The notes beneath the pieces were generated by a model. The model had not been told where the DNA came from. It saw only the letters and a list, made by a program, of their open reading frames with translations, and searched no databases. Source: a virus (lineage: Duplodnaviria; Caudoviricetes). From it: 59,518 nt of DNA. Each line of letters opens with the position of its first letter. Within the stretch, counting starts at the first letter, position 1. Below are positions 7,022 through 16,959 of the stretch, one piece after another. The translations under genes and the position numbers were made by a program. The stretch spans positions 1 to 59,518 of the IMG/VR virus record IMGVR_UViG_3300048672_000363; one strand, given 5' to 3'.

Positions 7022-7669
7022 ATGAAAAATACGAAATATGAATTAACAGAAACAAAAAACAAATTTGGGGAATTTCAGATTCGTGCGCTGCGCGATTTTG
7101 GAGACGTAAAGGCAGGCGATCTTGGTGGGTTCGTTGACTCACAATTGTGTTTATCGTTTGAAGAACACGACGACTCATGGGTGTACGACAATTCCCGCGT
7201 GGACAACAATTCCCGCGTGTGCAACAACTCCCGCGTGGACAACAATTCCAGCGTGTGCAACAACTCCCGCGTGGACAATTCCCGCGTGGACAATTCCCGC
7301 GTGTACAACAATTCCCGCGTGTACAACAATTCCAGCGTGGACAACAATTCCAGCGTGGACAATTCCCGCGTGAACAATTCCAGCGTGGACAATTCCCGCG
7401 TGGACAATTCCAGCGTGGACAATTCCCGCGTGAACAATTCCAGCGTGGACAATTCCCGCGTTACGAAATCAACTAAGTCGATTTCTGGGCTTTTGTGGTT
7501 AGTCACGTTTACAGATCAGAATATCCAAATTGGGTGTCAGAACCACTCCACTTCAGAGTGGGAATCGTTTTCAGATTCTGAAATTCAAAAAATGAATAGA
7601 AGTGCATTAGATTTTTGGAATGAATACAAAGAAATCATCATTTCTATGGCTAAACTGCATCAAAAATGA
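7022..7669 (+). CDS. beta-helix-type hexa/pentapeptide repeat protein
   Basis: Common phage N-terminus KYELT..IRALRDFGDVKAGDLGG, 17 (x)(N/D)NS(R/S)V repeats, and C-terminal IQIGCQNH..EW..ALDFW. AGGAG RBS before ATG 7022. Confidence 0.75.
   Translation: MKNTKYELTETKNKFGEFQIRALRDFGDVKAGDLGGFVDSQLCLSFEEHDDSWVYDNSRVDNNSRVCNNSRVDNNSSVCNNSRVDNSRVDNSRVYNNSRVYNNSSVDNNSSVDNSRVNNSSVDNSRVDNSSVDNSRVNNSSVDNSRVTKSTKSISGLLWLVTFTDQNIQIGCQNHSTSEWESFSDSEIQKMNRSALDFWNEYKEIIISMAKLHQK
7184..7462. repeat. coding tandem array of 18- and 15-bp units
   Basis: Eight 18-nt and nine 15-nt units built from (NNC)-RAC-AAY-TCC-MGC-GTG. Confidence 0.95.
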
Positions 7670-7908
7670 CCTTCGCATCTAAACTGCGCCAAGTGTGTGA
7701 AATCTACACGGCGCACCAGTCAGGTCGTGTGTTCAAAACAACCTTTGCCAAAGCGATGGGTGTTCCTATTGGCACATTAAACGACTGGTTGACTGGGCGC
7801 GTAGTCCCTCCACCGGATCGGCAATTGATATTTATCATCATGGCAACACGCCCTGACCTGTCAGAGCAAATAGAAATCGTGGCGAAAGAATGGGGGATTA
7901 AAAAGTGA
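7666..7908 (+). CDS. XRE-family HTH regulator
   Basis: KTTFAKAMGVPIGTLNDWLTGRVVP HTH signature. Confidence 0.75.
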   Translation: MTFASKLRQVCEIYTAHQSGRVFKTTFAKAMGVPIGTLNDWLTGRVVPPPDRQLIFIIMATRPDLSEQIEIVAKEWGIKK

Positions 7909-8126
7909 CACTTATAAAATGGGGAAAAGCAATAGGTCGCGTCACCACGGGTACGTTTGAATCAATTGAGTTTAAGATATACCGCGATGTAGAGAGCTAC
8001 TACATGGAAATGACCGATAGCAGACGCGTCACCCTAATAGGGTGGAGATTGGAAAGAAGAGAAGCAAAAGAGCGATGCGAAGAGGTTGCGCGTGACATTC
8101 AAGCAAAACACGGGAGTAAAAAATGA
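7905..8126 (+). CDS. hypothetical protein
   Basis: 73-aa ORF with overlapping start and stop. Confidence 0.6.
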   Translation: MTLIKWGKAIGRVTTGTFESIEFKIYRDVESYYMEMTDSRRVTLIGWRLERREAKERCEEVARDIQAKHGSKK

Positions 8127-8371
8127 GTTCTTTTGTATTAGCAAGATTGCGAGAAGACGGCGATGCAGATTTCCTCTGCGCTGTCGTTAGTGATTTTGAA
8201 GGCTTTGACTTCACCGCGCAATTAAAATCAGCGTGGGACGACGTGCGCGATTATTTTGGCGACGACCTGATCGTTGTGGAGCTTGCGAACGTGGATGACG
8301 TGATTAGTTCACTTACACTGGAGGATTGCGACGTTAAAAGTGCCGAAGAGTTCTTCAAGTACAGTTATTAA
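8123..8371 (+). CDS. acidic hypothetical protein
   Basis: 82-aa D/E-rich ORF with GGAG RBS. Confidence 0.65.
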   Translation: MSSFVLARLREDGDADFLCAVVSDFEGFDFTAQLKSAWDDVRDYFGDDLIVVELANVDDVISSLTLEDCDVKSAEEFFKYSY

Positions 8372-8426
8372 ATTATTGATTTTTAACGCAAAACGCGCTA
8401 AAATAGCGCATATTCAGGAGAGTGGC

Positions 8427-9011
8427 ATGACAACAGAAACAGAAACAAAATTTGAACCGCAATGCAAAGACGTTGCAGCAGTTTATGAGAATATCGCACG
8501 CGTTTTGCGAATGTGTGAATCCGCCTCTGTTGAAACGGGGAATGCGTGGAAGCACTCAAATCAATTCGTGGCGGATGACGAGGGTAGTTATCCTGTCGTG
8601 TATGCCGCAAAGACTTACTACGCAGCAAGCAGGCTTGAGTTCGCCGTAGGGGTCGTTGATGGTGTGCCAGTATTCCGTGGCGATACTGTTTACTACGTTT
8701 ATCGCGGCTTGCGTGGTGGAAGTGAGGAGCATTTAAACGGAAAAAAATGCACAATTACTGGATGCGGTGCTGACGGTAAAACTATTTTCGCTGAGTCCGA
8801 TGGTGGAACATTTAGTGTTGACGGTTGTGGGTTTTCGCTAACACCACCAAAGCCAAAGACAAAAACCATCATCATCAAAGACGCGCCAATTCCGTATGCT
8901 GCAATAGTGGCATTAAGTGACAATAGCGGAACAGCAGGCGTTTACCTTCTTTTTGCAAGCCATCAAGATGCTCAAAAGTTTGTTGATTTGGTTCATAAAG
9001 GCGCAGCATGA
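8427..9011 (+). CDS. hypothetical protein
   Basis: AGGAG RBS before ATG 8427 (MTTETE..). Confidence 0.65.
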   Translation: MTTETETKFEPQCKDVAAVYENIARVLRMCESASVETGNAWKHSNQFVADDEGSYPVVYAAKTYYAASRLEFAVGVVDGVPVFRGDTVYYVYRGLRGGSEEHLNGKKCTITGCGADGKTIFAESDGGTFSVDGCGFSLTPPKPKTKTIIIKDAPIPYAAIVALSDNSGTAGVYLLFASHQDAQKFVDLVHKGAA

Positions 9012-9448
9012 CGCAATCATTACCACTAGCAAGAATCGGTGATTTAGGATGCGCCATTGAGGGAGGATTCCCGCACGCTAAGAACACATCGCGCAAATTG
9101 CGCCTTGCTTGGGTAAGTCGCCATGAGCTTTACACCGCCAACGTCCAAGGCATTGACGGCGTAAACAATCGCATCGTGACGCTCGTAGGGCTAATCAAAA
9201 GCACTACCTACGGCAAGAAAGCAAAGCCTGAGCCATTCATGCACGCATGGATGGATGCAATCACTGGAACGCTATACCTACCAGATGACGGTATATGCCT
9301 ATCCAGTAAATACCGCACGCTTGACGTGTCGAGCATTGCTAAACTTGCTGGCGAAAGAGAAGATATGAAAGCCAATGAAAAAGCCGCGCTGAGGATGAAA
9401 GCCCTCACGGATTCAATTTCGCCAAAGATGGCGAATAAAGAGGCTTAG
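9008..9448 (+). CDS. hypothetical protein
   Basis: 146-aa ORF with ATGA overlap; contains WMDAITGTLY. Confidence 0.65.
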   Translation: MTQSLPLARIGDLGCAIEGGFPHAKNTSRKLRLAWVSRHELYTANVQGIDGVNNRIVTLVGLIKSTTYGKKAKPEPFMHAWMDAITGTLYLPDDGICLSSKYRTLDVSSIAKLAGEREDMKANEKAALRMKALTDSISPKMANKEA

Positions 9449-9517
9449 TGGGTCGCAAAAAAATGAGCCGACGCTTTTTTGTTTGCATAAACAACACAAA
9501 TGCGCTAAATATAGCGA

Positions 9518-10051
9518 ATGGCACGCCCAGCTAAACTAACAGAAGAGATGAAGACAGAAGCCGCCCAGCGAATTGTTGATGGCGGCATTACCTATGAGGC
9601 TTTAGCAAAAGAGCTTGGCGTGTCCAAGCCGTGCCTGATAAAGAACGTTTCTGACCGAGTGAATAAATTAAAAGCCGCAGCGAATCAAATAGTTGCGACT
9701 GCAAACGCCCTTAGTTTATTACCAGTAAATGACCGAGGGTCAGCAATCAACCTAGCACAGACATTGCTTTACATGGCTAATAACATGGCAAGCACTTCCG
9801 GCAAAATGTCTAGAGCATCCGACCGCCTTGCATCGTTAGTCGAGAAACGAGTAGATACCCTAGAAGATATTGCACAAACAGGCGCGGGAATCACAACAGA
9901 GGATATTCAGCTAACGCTTGGGTCAATCCGTATGGTAAACGAAGCAAGCCAAACGCCGCTGAAGATGATGGACTTAGCCAAAGAGTCCATTAACAACCAA
10001 AAAGAATCCGTAAATACACCCACTAGAATCGTCGTGTGCGCGCCAGAATGA
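9518..10051 (+). CDS. terS: terminase small subunit (putative)
   Basis: MARPAKLT.. N-terminal HTH, helical body, directly overlapping TerL. Confidence 0.7.
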   Translation: MARPAKLTEEMKTEAAQRIVDGGITYEALAKELGVSKPCLIKNVSDRVNKLKAAANQIVATANALSLLPVNDRGSAINLAQTLLYMANNMASTSGKMSRASDRLASLVEKRVDTLEDIAQTGAGITTEDIQLTLGSIRMVNEASQTPLKMMDLAKESINNQKESVNTPTRIVVCAPE

Positions 10052-11337
10052 GCGACTTGATAGTCCCCATACCACCTAAGCTAATCCAAGTGTTCGCCCC
10101 TGAGCGCGGCGCGGTTAGGTATCGCTGGGCGTGTGGAGGTCGAAGCAGCGGAAAAAGTTTCACGTTTGCGATGATGGCAGCGATTTGGGGTGCGTGCGAA
10201 AAGCTGAAAATCTTGGTAGGTCGCGGACACTTCATCACCATCAAAGACTCATTCTTTGCTGAACTCAAGAACGCGATAGAATCAAACGAATGGCTTGCTA
10301 GTCAGTACGACGTTGGAGAGGATTATCTGCGCGGGTACAACGGCACACAGTTTCTGTTCCGTGGGCTGAATGTCAACCCTAAGTCGATCAAGTCAATCGC
10401 TCACGTCGATTTGTGCATCTTGGAAGAAGCTGAGGCAGTATCCGAGCAGGCATGGTTAAACTTAGAGCCAACGATCCGCGCCCACAAGAGCGAGATATGG
10501 TGCATCTGGAATCCTGAGCGCGAGGATTCTCCTGTTGATATTCGCATGGTGCAAAATAAGCCGGATAATTCAGTAGGATGCGCTATGAACTACACGGACA
10601 ACCCGTGGTTCACCGATGTTATGGAAGCGCAGCGTTTGCGAGATTTGCAGATACTTGATCGCGGAACGTACAACAACATTTGGCTGGGAGAGTACCTAAA
10701 GAACACAGAGGGCGATTATTACCGCAACGAATTCACTCGCATAGACTCCGAGGGCAGAATTTGCAACGTGCCGATAATGGATAATCCCGTGTTTACTTTT
10801 TGGGATATTGGCAATAGCGATGGTACTGCGATATGGTTCATCCAAAAATTCGGGCTTGAAACGCGTTGTATAGACTACTTTGAGGCGCACTATGAGAAGC
10901 TGGGACACTATGCCGCAATTCTCAAAGAGAAGGGCTATAATTACGCGAAGCATTTTTTGCCGCACGATGCAGATTACAAGAGATTATCCGACTCAAACAA
11001 ATCCACCCGTGAAATGCTTGAGGATTTAGGCTTAAAAGACATTGAGGTATTGCCTCGCATAACTTCACTATTTCAAGGTATCGAGATTACGCGTCGCCAC
11101 TTCCCCGCGCTTTGGTTCGATAAGAACCGCTGCGCATTAGGTATCAAGCGGCTGCGAAATTACCGCAGAAGGTGGAACAAAACAGATAACCGATTTGTGG
11201 ATGAGCCGGATAAAAATAATGGCAGTTCCGAAGCTGCTGACGCGATTCGGCAATGGGCGCAAGCCGAAGATTTAGGGCTTGTTGAAATTAGAGAGCGTTC
11301 GACATACAGACCCCCACCGCAAGATTGGAGAGCTTAA
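10048..11337 (+). CDS. terL: terminase large subunit, PBSX-type
   Basis: Walker A GGRSSGKS, Walker B CILEEAE, coupling motif WNP, nuclease WDIG..D and EAADAIR. Confidence 0.95.
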   Translation: MSDLIVPIPPKLIQVFAPERGAVRYRWACGGRSSGKSFTFAMMAAIWGACEKLKILVGRGHFITIKDSFFAELKNAIESNEWLASQYDVGEDYLRGYNGTQFLFRGLNVNPKSIKSIAHVDLCILEEAEAVSEQAWLNLEPTIRAHKSEIWCIWNPEREDSPVDIRMVQNKPDNSVGCAMNYTDNPWFTDVMEAQRLRDLQILDRGTYNNIWLGEYLKNTEGDYYRNEFTRIDSEGRICNVPIMDNPVFTFWDIGNSDGTAIWFIQKFGLETRCIDYFEAHYEKLGHYAAILKEKGYNYAKHFLPHDADYKRLSDSNKSTREMLEDLGLKDIEVLPRITSLFQGIEITRRHFPALWFDKNRCALGIKRLRNYRRRWNKTDNRFVDEPDKNNGSSEAADAIRQWAQAEDLGLVEIRERSTYRPPPQDWRA

Positions 11338-11423
11338 ACGCGTTTATACAAAGCGATTTGAGCGATTAAAATAAGCTAGTCAACACCTACCCCTCGCCGA
11401 TATGGCGACATGAAAGGCTAAAA

Positions 11424-13751
11424 ATGGAAAACGAAAAAGAACAAGAAGAACATCCAGACACCGGAATGAGTGTTGATAAGTTCCGTGAAATCATCGAAAC
11501 GATCAAAGCACAGCCAAACTTTAGAGCCGCCGCCGACAAAGAGCATCGCTACTACGATGGCAAGCAACTTGATGATGATGTTGTTCGCCTTTACCAAAGC
11601 CTTGGGCGACAACCTTACATTGAAAACAACACAGCCCCAGCAATCAACCAAGCAATGTCTGTGGTGTTTACAGATGAGCGCGATTACCTAATCACCGCCG
11701 AAACGCCGGACGAAGAAGCCGAGCAACTCGCCCAAGCAATCAATCAAGAGCTACACCAAGTCGAATCAAGAACGTATGCCGACAATGCGTGCCGAGATGC
11801 CGCGCATGAAATGGGTGTGTGTGGGTTCGCGTTTGTAGAAGTGTCCCGCAACAAAGACCCGTTTGAGTACCCATACCGTGTAGAGGTTGCGCCGCGCAAT
11901 GAGATTTACTGGGATATGTTGTCAGTCGGCAAAGGCAAAGACCTTTCAAAAGCGCGTTGGATCGCCCGAAGACGCTGGTTAGATTGGCAAGATGTCGCCG
12001 CGCAGTTCCCAGATTTTCACGAGCAAATCAAAAATATGGCAGCACGCGGATCGGTGTTCGATGAATTCGAGCTACTGAGCGCGCAACTTTCAGGCGCGGG
12101 GCAAAATTCATTAAACGTACCCGTGCAAATGGAAGCTGTTGTTGGGCAGACTGGCGCGCCTTCAGCCGTAGCGTTTGCCTCACAGAATGCAATCCAGAAC
12201 GCATTTATTGGGCTGGAGCAGCAAGAATGGCGCGATGCCACTAAGTCTCGCGTGTTATTGCACGAATGCTGGTATCGAGTAAACGAAGACGTTAAGGTAA
12301 TTAAATACATTGACGGACGGGTTGAAGAGTTTGACGAAGACGATCCGCTCCACATGACCGAAGTCTCACTGTTCACCCAAGGCGATTCAAGCCTAATTTC
12401 AGAACTATCAATCACACGAACCAAGAAGATGCGGGTAAGCTACTGGCTTAATTCGCTGCGATTGCACGACGATTACAGCCCATTCCCACACAACGAATAC
12501 CCTTACGCGCCTTTCTTCGCAATTTCTGAGGATGCGACTGGCATTAAGTACGGACTTGCGCGCCCAATGATCCCAATGCAAGACGCGATTAACACCCTAA
12601 CCGCGAAGTTGATGCAAGGATTAGGCTCTGTTCGCGTCACGCGCACCGAAGGCGCGGTACGAATGACTGACGACCAAGTGCGTGAAAGTGCCGGATTAAC
12701 TAACGCGGATTTCGTGTTGGACGAACACTTCACCCGTGACGGACATATCTTTAAGCTGGAACGTGATTACGAGCTATCAAGTCAGCACTTGCAGGTGCTA
12801 AACGAATCCCGCGCAGCAATCAAAGCCGTTGCTGGTGTTTACAACAGCGAAGGGCAAAACAAGCTCCAGCAGTCAGGTTTAGCCATTGCCACACTTGCAG
12901 AACAAGGCGACAAGGCATTAGCAATCATCATGGATGCCGCTGGGCGCGGGCGTAGAGCGGTCGGCGAATTGTTGTTGTCGTTGATTATTGAGGATTTTAA
13001 GCGCAAGGAAAACGCGCAGATTGTCATTAAGGGCGACGCATTCAAGGAGAGCGCGACCATTACGATCAACGAATCGGGCATTGACGATGAAGGCGGGGAA
13101 TATCGACGCAACGACCTATCGAAAGCGCGATTGCTGTTGAGCTTGTCGGATACACCGACAAGCTCAAGCTTCAAGAATCAGCAACTAGCAGCCATGAGCG
13201 AGGCTTATAAATCATCCCCGCCAGAATATCAGCGTGCGATGTTCCCTGAAATGCTGCGCCTAATGAACATCCCGAACAAGGATGAGATTATGAAAGCCGC
13301 ACGCGATGCAAGCGCAGCCGCAACACCTGAGCAGGTGCAACAACAAATTGATTCCGCTGTATCTCAAGCATTACAAAAGGCACAGACAGAGGCGAAAATG
13401 CGCGAGCTTGACCTCAAAGCTATGCTGAACGATGCGCAAATTAAGCTTGTTAATGCGCAAGCCGTTGAGGTTGGCGTAAAAGCAAGCTATGCCGCGATGC
13501 AAGCTGGTCAAGCCGTAGCAACGATGCCACAAATTGCGCCGATTGCCGACGTTGTAATGCAGACAGCAGGCTATCAACCACCCAATCCGTTAGGTGTTGA
13601 CCCAAACTTCCCACAGCCTAGCGGTGTAGTTGCACCAGCACCGGAAGTGGCGGAGAATACCAGCCCAGTCATGCCGCCCGTAGCACCAACACCAGAATCA
13701 CCGTTGCAAGGCGCGGAGCATGGGGTTGAAACTATGAGGAGCGATGCGTAA
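11424..13751 (+). CDS. portal protein (P22-like)
   Basis: 775 aa after TerL; YYDGKQL, N..PAIN, RWIARRRW, YPYAPF, YGLARPMIPMQDAIN, SGLAI motifs and a C-terminal Q/P-rich tail. Confidence 0.88.
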   Translation: MENEKEQEEHPDTGMSVDKFREIIETIKAQPNFRAAADKEHRYYDGKQLDDDVVRLYQSLGRQPYIENNTAPAINQAMSVVFTDERDYLITAETPDEEAEQLAQAINQELHQVESRTYADNACRDAAHEMGVCGFAFVEVSRNKDPFEYPYRVEVAPRNEIYWDMLSVGKGKDLSKARWIARRRWLDWQDVAAQFPDFHEQIKNMAARGSVFDEFELLSAQLSGAGQNSLNVPVQMEAVVGQTGAPSAVAFASQNAIQNAFIGLEQQEWRDATKSRVLLHECWYRVNEDVKVIKYIDGRVEEFDEDDPLHMTEVSLFTQGDSSLISELSITRTKKMRVSYWLNSLRLHDDYSPFPHNEYPYAPFFAISEDATGIKYGLARPMIPMQDAINTLTAKLMQGLGSVRVTRTEGAVRMTDDQVRESAGLTNADFVLDEHFTRDGHIFKLERDYELSSQHLQVLNESRAAIKAVAGVYNSEGQNKLQQSGLAIATLAEQGDKALAIIMDAAGRGRRAVGELLLSLIIEDFKRKENAQIVIKGDAFKESATITINESGIDDEGGEYRRNDLSKARLLLSLSDTPTSSSFKNQQLAAMSEAYKSSPPEYQRAMFPEMLRLMNIPNKDEIMKAARDASAAATPEQVQQQIDSAVSQALQKAQTEAKMRELDLKAMLNDAQIKLVNAQAVEVGVKASYAAMQAGQAVATMPQIAPIADVVMQTAGYQPPNPLGVDPNFPQPSGVVAPAPEVAENTSPVMPPVAPTPESPLQGAEHGVETMRSDA

Positions 13752-13927
13752 TGGAAATGAACGAATACAAAATAAAGCTACAAGCGATACGGATGGACTT
13801 ATGGGTGAGGGTGTTTATGATTGATGTTCAGAAGCATGGCAATGGTTATGCGGCACGGGAAGCAGATGAGGCACTGGCGCGATTTGATGCGAATTTTGGC
13901 GAAGCAAAAACATTGACGCAAAAATAA
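13751..13927 (+). CDS. small hypothetical protein (58 aa)
   Basis: Manually read MEMNEYKIKLQAIRMDLWVRVF..ADEALARFDANF; start overlaps the portal stop. Confidence 0.5.
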   Translation: MEMNEYKIKLQAIRMDLWVRVFMIDVQKHGNGYAAREADEALARFDANFGEAKTLTQK

Positions 13928-14132
13928 AAGTATAGTAGAACGCTAAATAGTTTCACCTCGTCGCCTGAAAAGGTAAAGCCCCAACGGGAATAGATGACGA
14001 ACATCCTTAGATCGAAGTAATTTTTATTCGCTCGGTGGCTCAAAAAGCCATAGCCAAGCCCTTCGGGTGCGGCAAAAACGGAGGGCGGCGGTTGCTTAGT
14101 CGCCCAGTCTCAACCACCTTATGAGGTGCGCA

Positions 14133-14957
14133 ATGCTAGAATTAGTACTCAACCAAGACAACTACTTGGACGCGGATTACCCAGTTGAAGATTTAACCGA
14201 TGAACAGTTAATCGCTATCAGCAATGGCGAAGACGTTGTGATTAAGCGGGATGATGAACCAGTAGAAGACGCAAAGCCTGACGAAGAAGTGGCTTCAACG
14301 GAAGAGCAAGAACAACAAGAATCTGAACGTCGCGCCGAAGCAGAAACGGCTATTGCAGCAGCGACGGAAGAATTCAAGGCGACTGGTGACGACACTAAAA
14401 TCAAGGCTTTATTCGCCGATTACGCGGGCGATTACCCTGAATTCTTTTCCGAAATGGATAAGCAGTTAGCCCCTGTAATTGCAGAAATGCAAAAGCAAGC
14501 TGACGAAAACACCAAGGCACTGGCTGAATTAAAGGCTGAAAAAGCTCATGCCGAATATATGGCGCAAGTCGTCAAGGCTATTCCAGACTTCTATGAGTTA
14601 GGTTTGGTTGGCAAGGATAATCGCCCTTCTGACGCATTCACCGCATGGACGCAAGACCTGCCATACAAGCAAGTCCTCAAGTATCAGCAAGTCTTTGAGC
14701 GCGGTACTATCCAGCAAATCGCAGACATGGCGGCTGATTTTCGCGCATCAAAAGAACCTCAAAAGACTGACAAGCCGACCTTCAAGCAGGGAAAGCAAAA
14801 CCCATCCACAATTTCAGATATTGGCGCACCCGCTGGCAATCAATCGGCTGGTATTAGCCCGTTGGATATGACACCAGACCAAGCCCAAGCCTTTTACGCC
14901 AAGCAGTTCGCGGCTGGCGCGAGCTTTGCCGACCTACTGAAACGCACTGGGCTGTAG
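14133..14957 (+). CDS. scaffolding protein (putative)
   Basis: Acidic coiled-coil protein between portal and capsid; GAGG RBS before ATG 14133. Confidence 0.7.
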   Translation: MLELVLNQDNYLDADYPVEDLTDEQLIAISNGEDVVIKRDDEPVEDAKPDEEVASTEEQEQQESERRAEAETAIAAATEEFKATGDDTKIKALFADYAGDYPEFFSEMDKQLAPVIAEMQKQADENTKALAELKAEKAHAEYMAQVVKAIPDFYELGLVGKDNRPSDAFTAWTQDLPYKQVLKYQQVFERGTIQQIADMAADFRASKEPQKTDKPTFKQGKQNPSTISDIGAPAGNQSAGISPLDMTPDQAQAFYAKQFAAGASFADLLKRTGL

Positions 14958-15052
14958 GAAAAGGAGGGGCAAAATGAAGTGATCTCTCTAAATAAGCAAT
15001 AGCAAAACCACATAACGTCGTGATGACGTGATAATCCTTTAAGGAGCATAAA

Positions 15053-16384
15053 ATGGTAGCAACTTTCATACCGTGGGGCGACCCCAAGGCAATCGTCAAG
15101 CAGTCCGCAATGCTGACTGCGGCAACTCGCCAACCAACCACAGCACTTGCCCGCTTGCAAGGCGCAATGCCACAAGATGCGGATGTCCTACGCGACATGA
15201 GCAAGTATTCAACCAGCCCAAATTACCCTATCGTGCTGCACACTGACTTCACAAAAGTTGCTGGCGACACGGTGCGCGTTGACAACCTTGACCCGTTGGT
15301 TGGTTATCCGGTAATGGGCGGTCAATATATTTCCGGCACTGGCAATGCCATGACGTTTAGCACTGATTCGTTGCGAATTGAGGTATCCCGTAAGGCGATT
15401 AACCTTGGTACAGCGATGACGCAACAACGTACCATCCACCAGTTGCGAGCGATTGCGCTGGAAATGGCGAAGAGCTACTTCGTCGGCGTACAGGATCAGC
15501 GCGCATTTGTTCACATGGCTGGTGCGCGTGGCTTCCATCAAGGCGCGGAGTGGAATGTGCCTTTAGCCTCGCATCCTGAATTCGCCAACATCATGGTTAA
15601 CCCAGTCGCAGCACCTGTAAACGTGCGCCACTATGTCGCCAATGCAACAACCGGACTGGCTAAAGTTGCGCCCGTGGCAGGTGTAATGAACTTGGCTACG
15701 ACCGACGTGCTGAATACAAACGTGCTGGATGCGTTGCGTGGACTGATTGATTCTGACCACTTCACCATCCCCCCAGTTCGCTTTGACGGTGATCCGTTGG
15801 CGTATGACGACCCGCTGCGCGTGCTGCTGGTATCCCCGCAACAATACACCACGTTTATCCAGTCTGGCACTGGCACAAATGCGGTTCGTACCCTGATCGG
15901 CGCATCATTGGAACGCGCAAGCTCAATGAACAAACATCCTTTGTTTTTGGGCGGCTCGTTGCTGTGGAACGGCATCCTGATTGTGAAGATGCCTAAGGCT
16001 ATTCGCTTCTACGGTGCAGACCCTATCCAGTATTGCGCAGACCCTGCGACAGTTGTTGAATCTACCGCGACAGTTCCGGCGGCTTTCACTGCGGCTAATT
16101 TCGCAGTTGACCGCGCTATCCTGTTGGGCGGCAATGCTTTGGCTCATGCCGTCGGCAAACTGAAGCTGCAATCGACAATCGCGGAAGAGGATATTCTCGG
16201 CAAGTTATCCATCATGGTGACGGAAGAAGTGACCGACCACATGATGCGCAATGAAATCGCCGTCACCTCTTTGGACGGGTACAAGAAAATGCGTTTCTTG
16301 CAAAACATCGGCAACAATCAAAGCCGCTGGATTGAGAACTGCATCGTCATTGACACCGCCGTTCCGGTTGTAGCTGGCGTTTAA
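15053..16384 (+). CDS. major capsid protein (DUF4043/N4-gp56-like)
   Basis: 443 aa; AGDTV, MTQQRTIHQLR, HMAGARG, HPLF.G..LWNGILI and VDRAILLG motifs; strong TAAGGAG RBS. Confidence 0.88.
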   Translation: MVATFIPWGDPKAIVKQSAMLTAATRQPTTALARLQGAMPQDADVLRDMSKYSTSPNYPIVLHTDFTKVAGDTVRVDNLDPLVGYPVMGGQYISGTGNAMTFSTDSLRIEVSRKAINLGTAMTQQRTIHQLRAIALEMAKSYFVGVQDQRAFVHMAGARGFHQGAEWNVPLASHPEFANIMVNPVAAPVNVRHYVANATTGLAKVAPVAGVMNLATTDVLNTNVLDALRGLIDSDHFTIPPVRFDGDPLAYDDPLRVLLVSPQQYTTFIQSGTGTNAVRTLIGASLERASSMNKHPLFLGGSLLWNGILIVKMPKAIRFYGADPIQYCADPATVVESTATVPAAFTAANFAVDRAILLGGNALAHAVGKLKLQSTIAEEDILGKLSIMVTEEVTDHMMRNEIAVTSLDGYKKMRFLQNIGNNQSRWIENCIVIDTAVPVVAGV

Positions 16385-16433
16385 CCAAAATAGGGCGGGA
16401 TAATCTCCCGCTCTAATTGAAAGGAAAAGAATC

Positions 16434-16913
16434 ATGGCTATCGTTAATCCTATTGGTGCATTTGACCGCACCTATTCAAACAAAGCACAGGGCAATGCCG
16501 TCAACATTAACGGCGCGCTGGCGACAACACTTGGTATTGTTGCATCAAATCAAGCAACCGCCCTGCAAATTGGCGACGTTGTAAACGTGGCGGTTATCCC
16601 AGCAGGTACTCGCATCGTTGACTTTATTGCCACGGTATCGGCTGCATTTACCGCATTAACCACCTGCTCTATTGGTTATGCGGACTGCGTGCCAACCGAT
16701 CCCGCCGCTGTTGTTGCTGATCCCGCATATTTTGCCGCCGCCGGTGCGGTGCTGAATGCTGTGGGTGTGTTGCGAAAAACCACTACTACCGCCCCCGTTG
16801 TTTTGGCGCGTGACGTTTTTGTGACAGTCACACTGGCAGGCGCGGCACAAGCTGCTACAAGTCGCTTGGATATTGACATTCGTGGTCAAATCGTTGGACA
16901 TGTAAACAGCTAA
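16434..16913 (+). CDS. capsid decoration/cement protein (putative)
   Basis: Small A/V/T-rich beta protein directly after the MCP; GDVV..IPAGTRI motif. Confidence 0.6.
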   Translation: MAIVNPIGAFDRTYSNKAQGNAVNINGALATTLGIVASNQATALQIGDVVNVAVIPAGTRIVDFIATVSAAFTALTTCSIGYADCVPTDPAAVVADPAYFAAAGAVLNAVGVLRKTTTTAPVVLARDVFVTVTLAGAAQAATSRLDIDIRGQIVGHVNS

Positions 16914-16919
16914 TAAATC

Positions 16920-16945
16920 GGGGTGGGTTCGCTCACCCCTTTTTT
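16920..16945 (+). terminator. rho-independent terminator
   Basis: GGGGTGGG-TTCG-CTCACCCC followed by a T-tract. Confidence 0.85.
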
Positions 16946-16959
16946 GTATGGGGCATTCA

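Noticed and set aside
7184-7462. Tandem repeats as a CRISPR array or as the DGR template repeat for the FGE gene
   Set aside because: The units are contiguous with no unique spacers, lie in frame in a recognisable phage gene, and do not resemble the FGE C-terminus.
7075-7506. Alternative-frame ORFs (TRELS, TTIPA and QQFPR repeats)
   Set aside because: They are open only because the repeat unit lacks stops in those frames; no RBS or independent domain.
16391-16415. Terminator after the major capsid gene
   Set aside because: A hairpin is present but has no U-tract; the real terminator is at 16920-16945 after the decoration gene.
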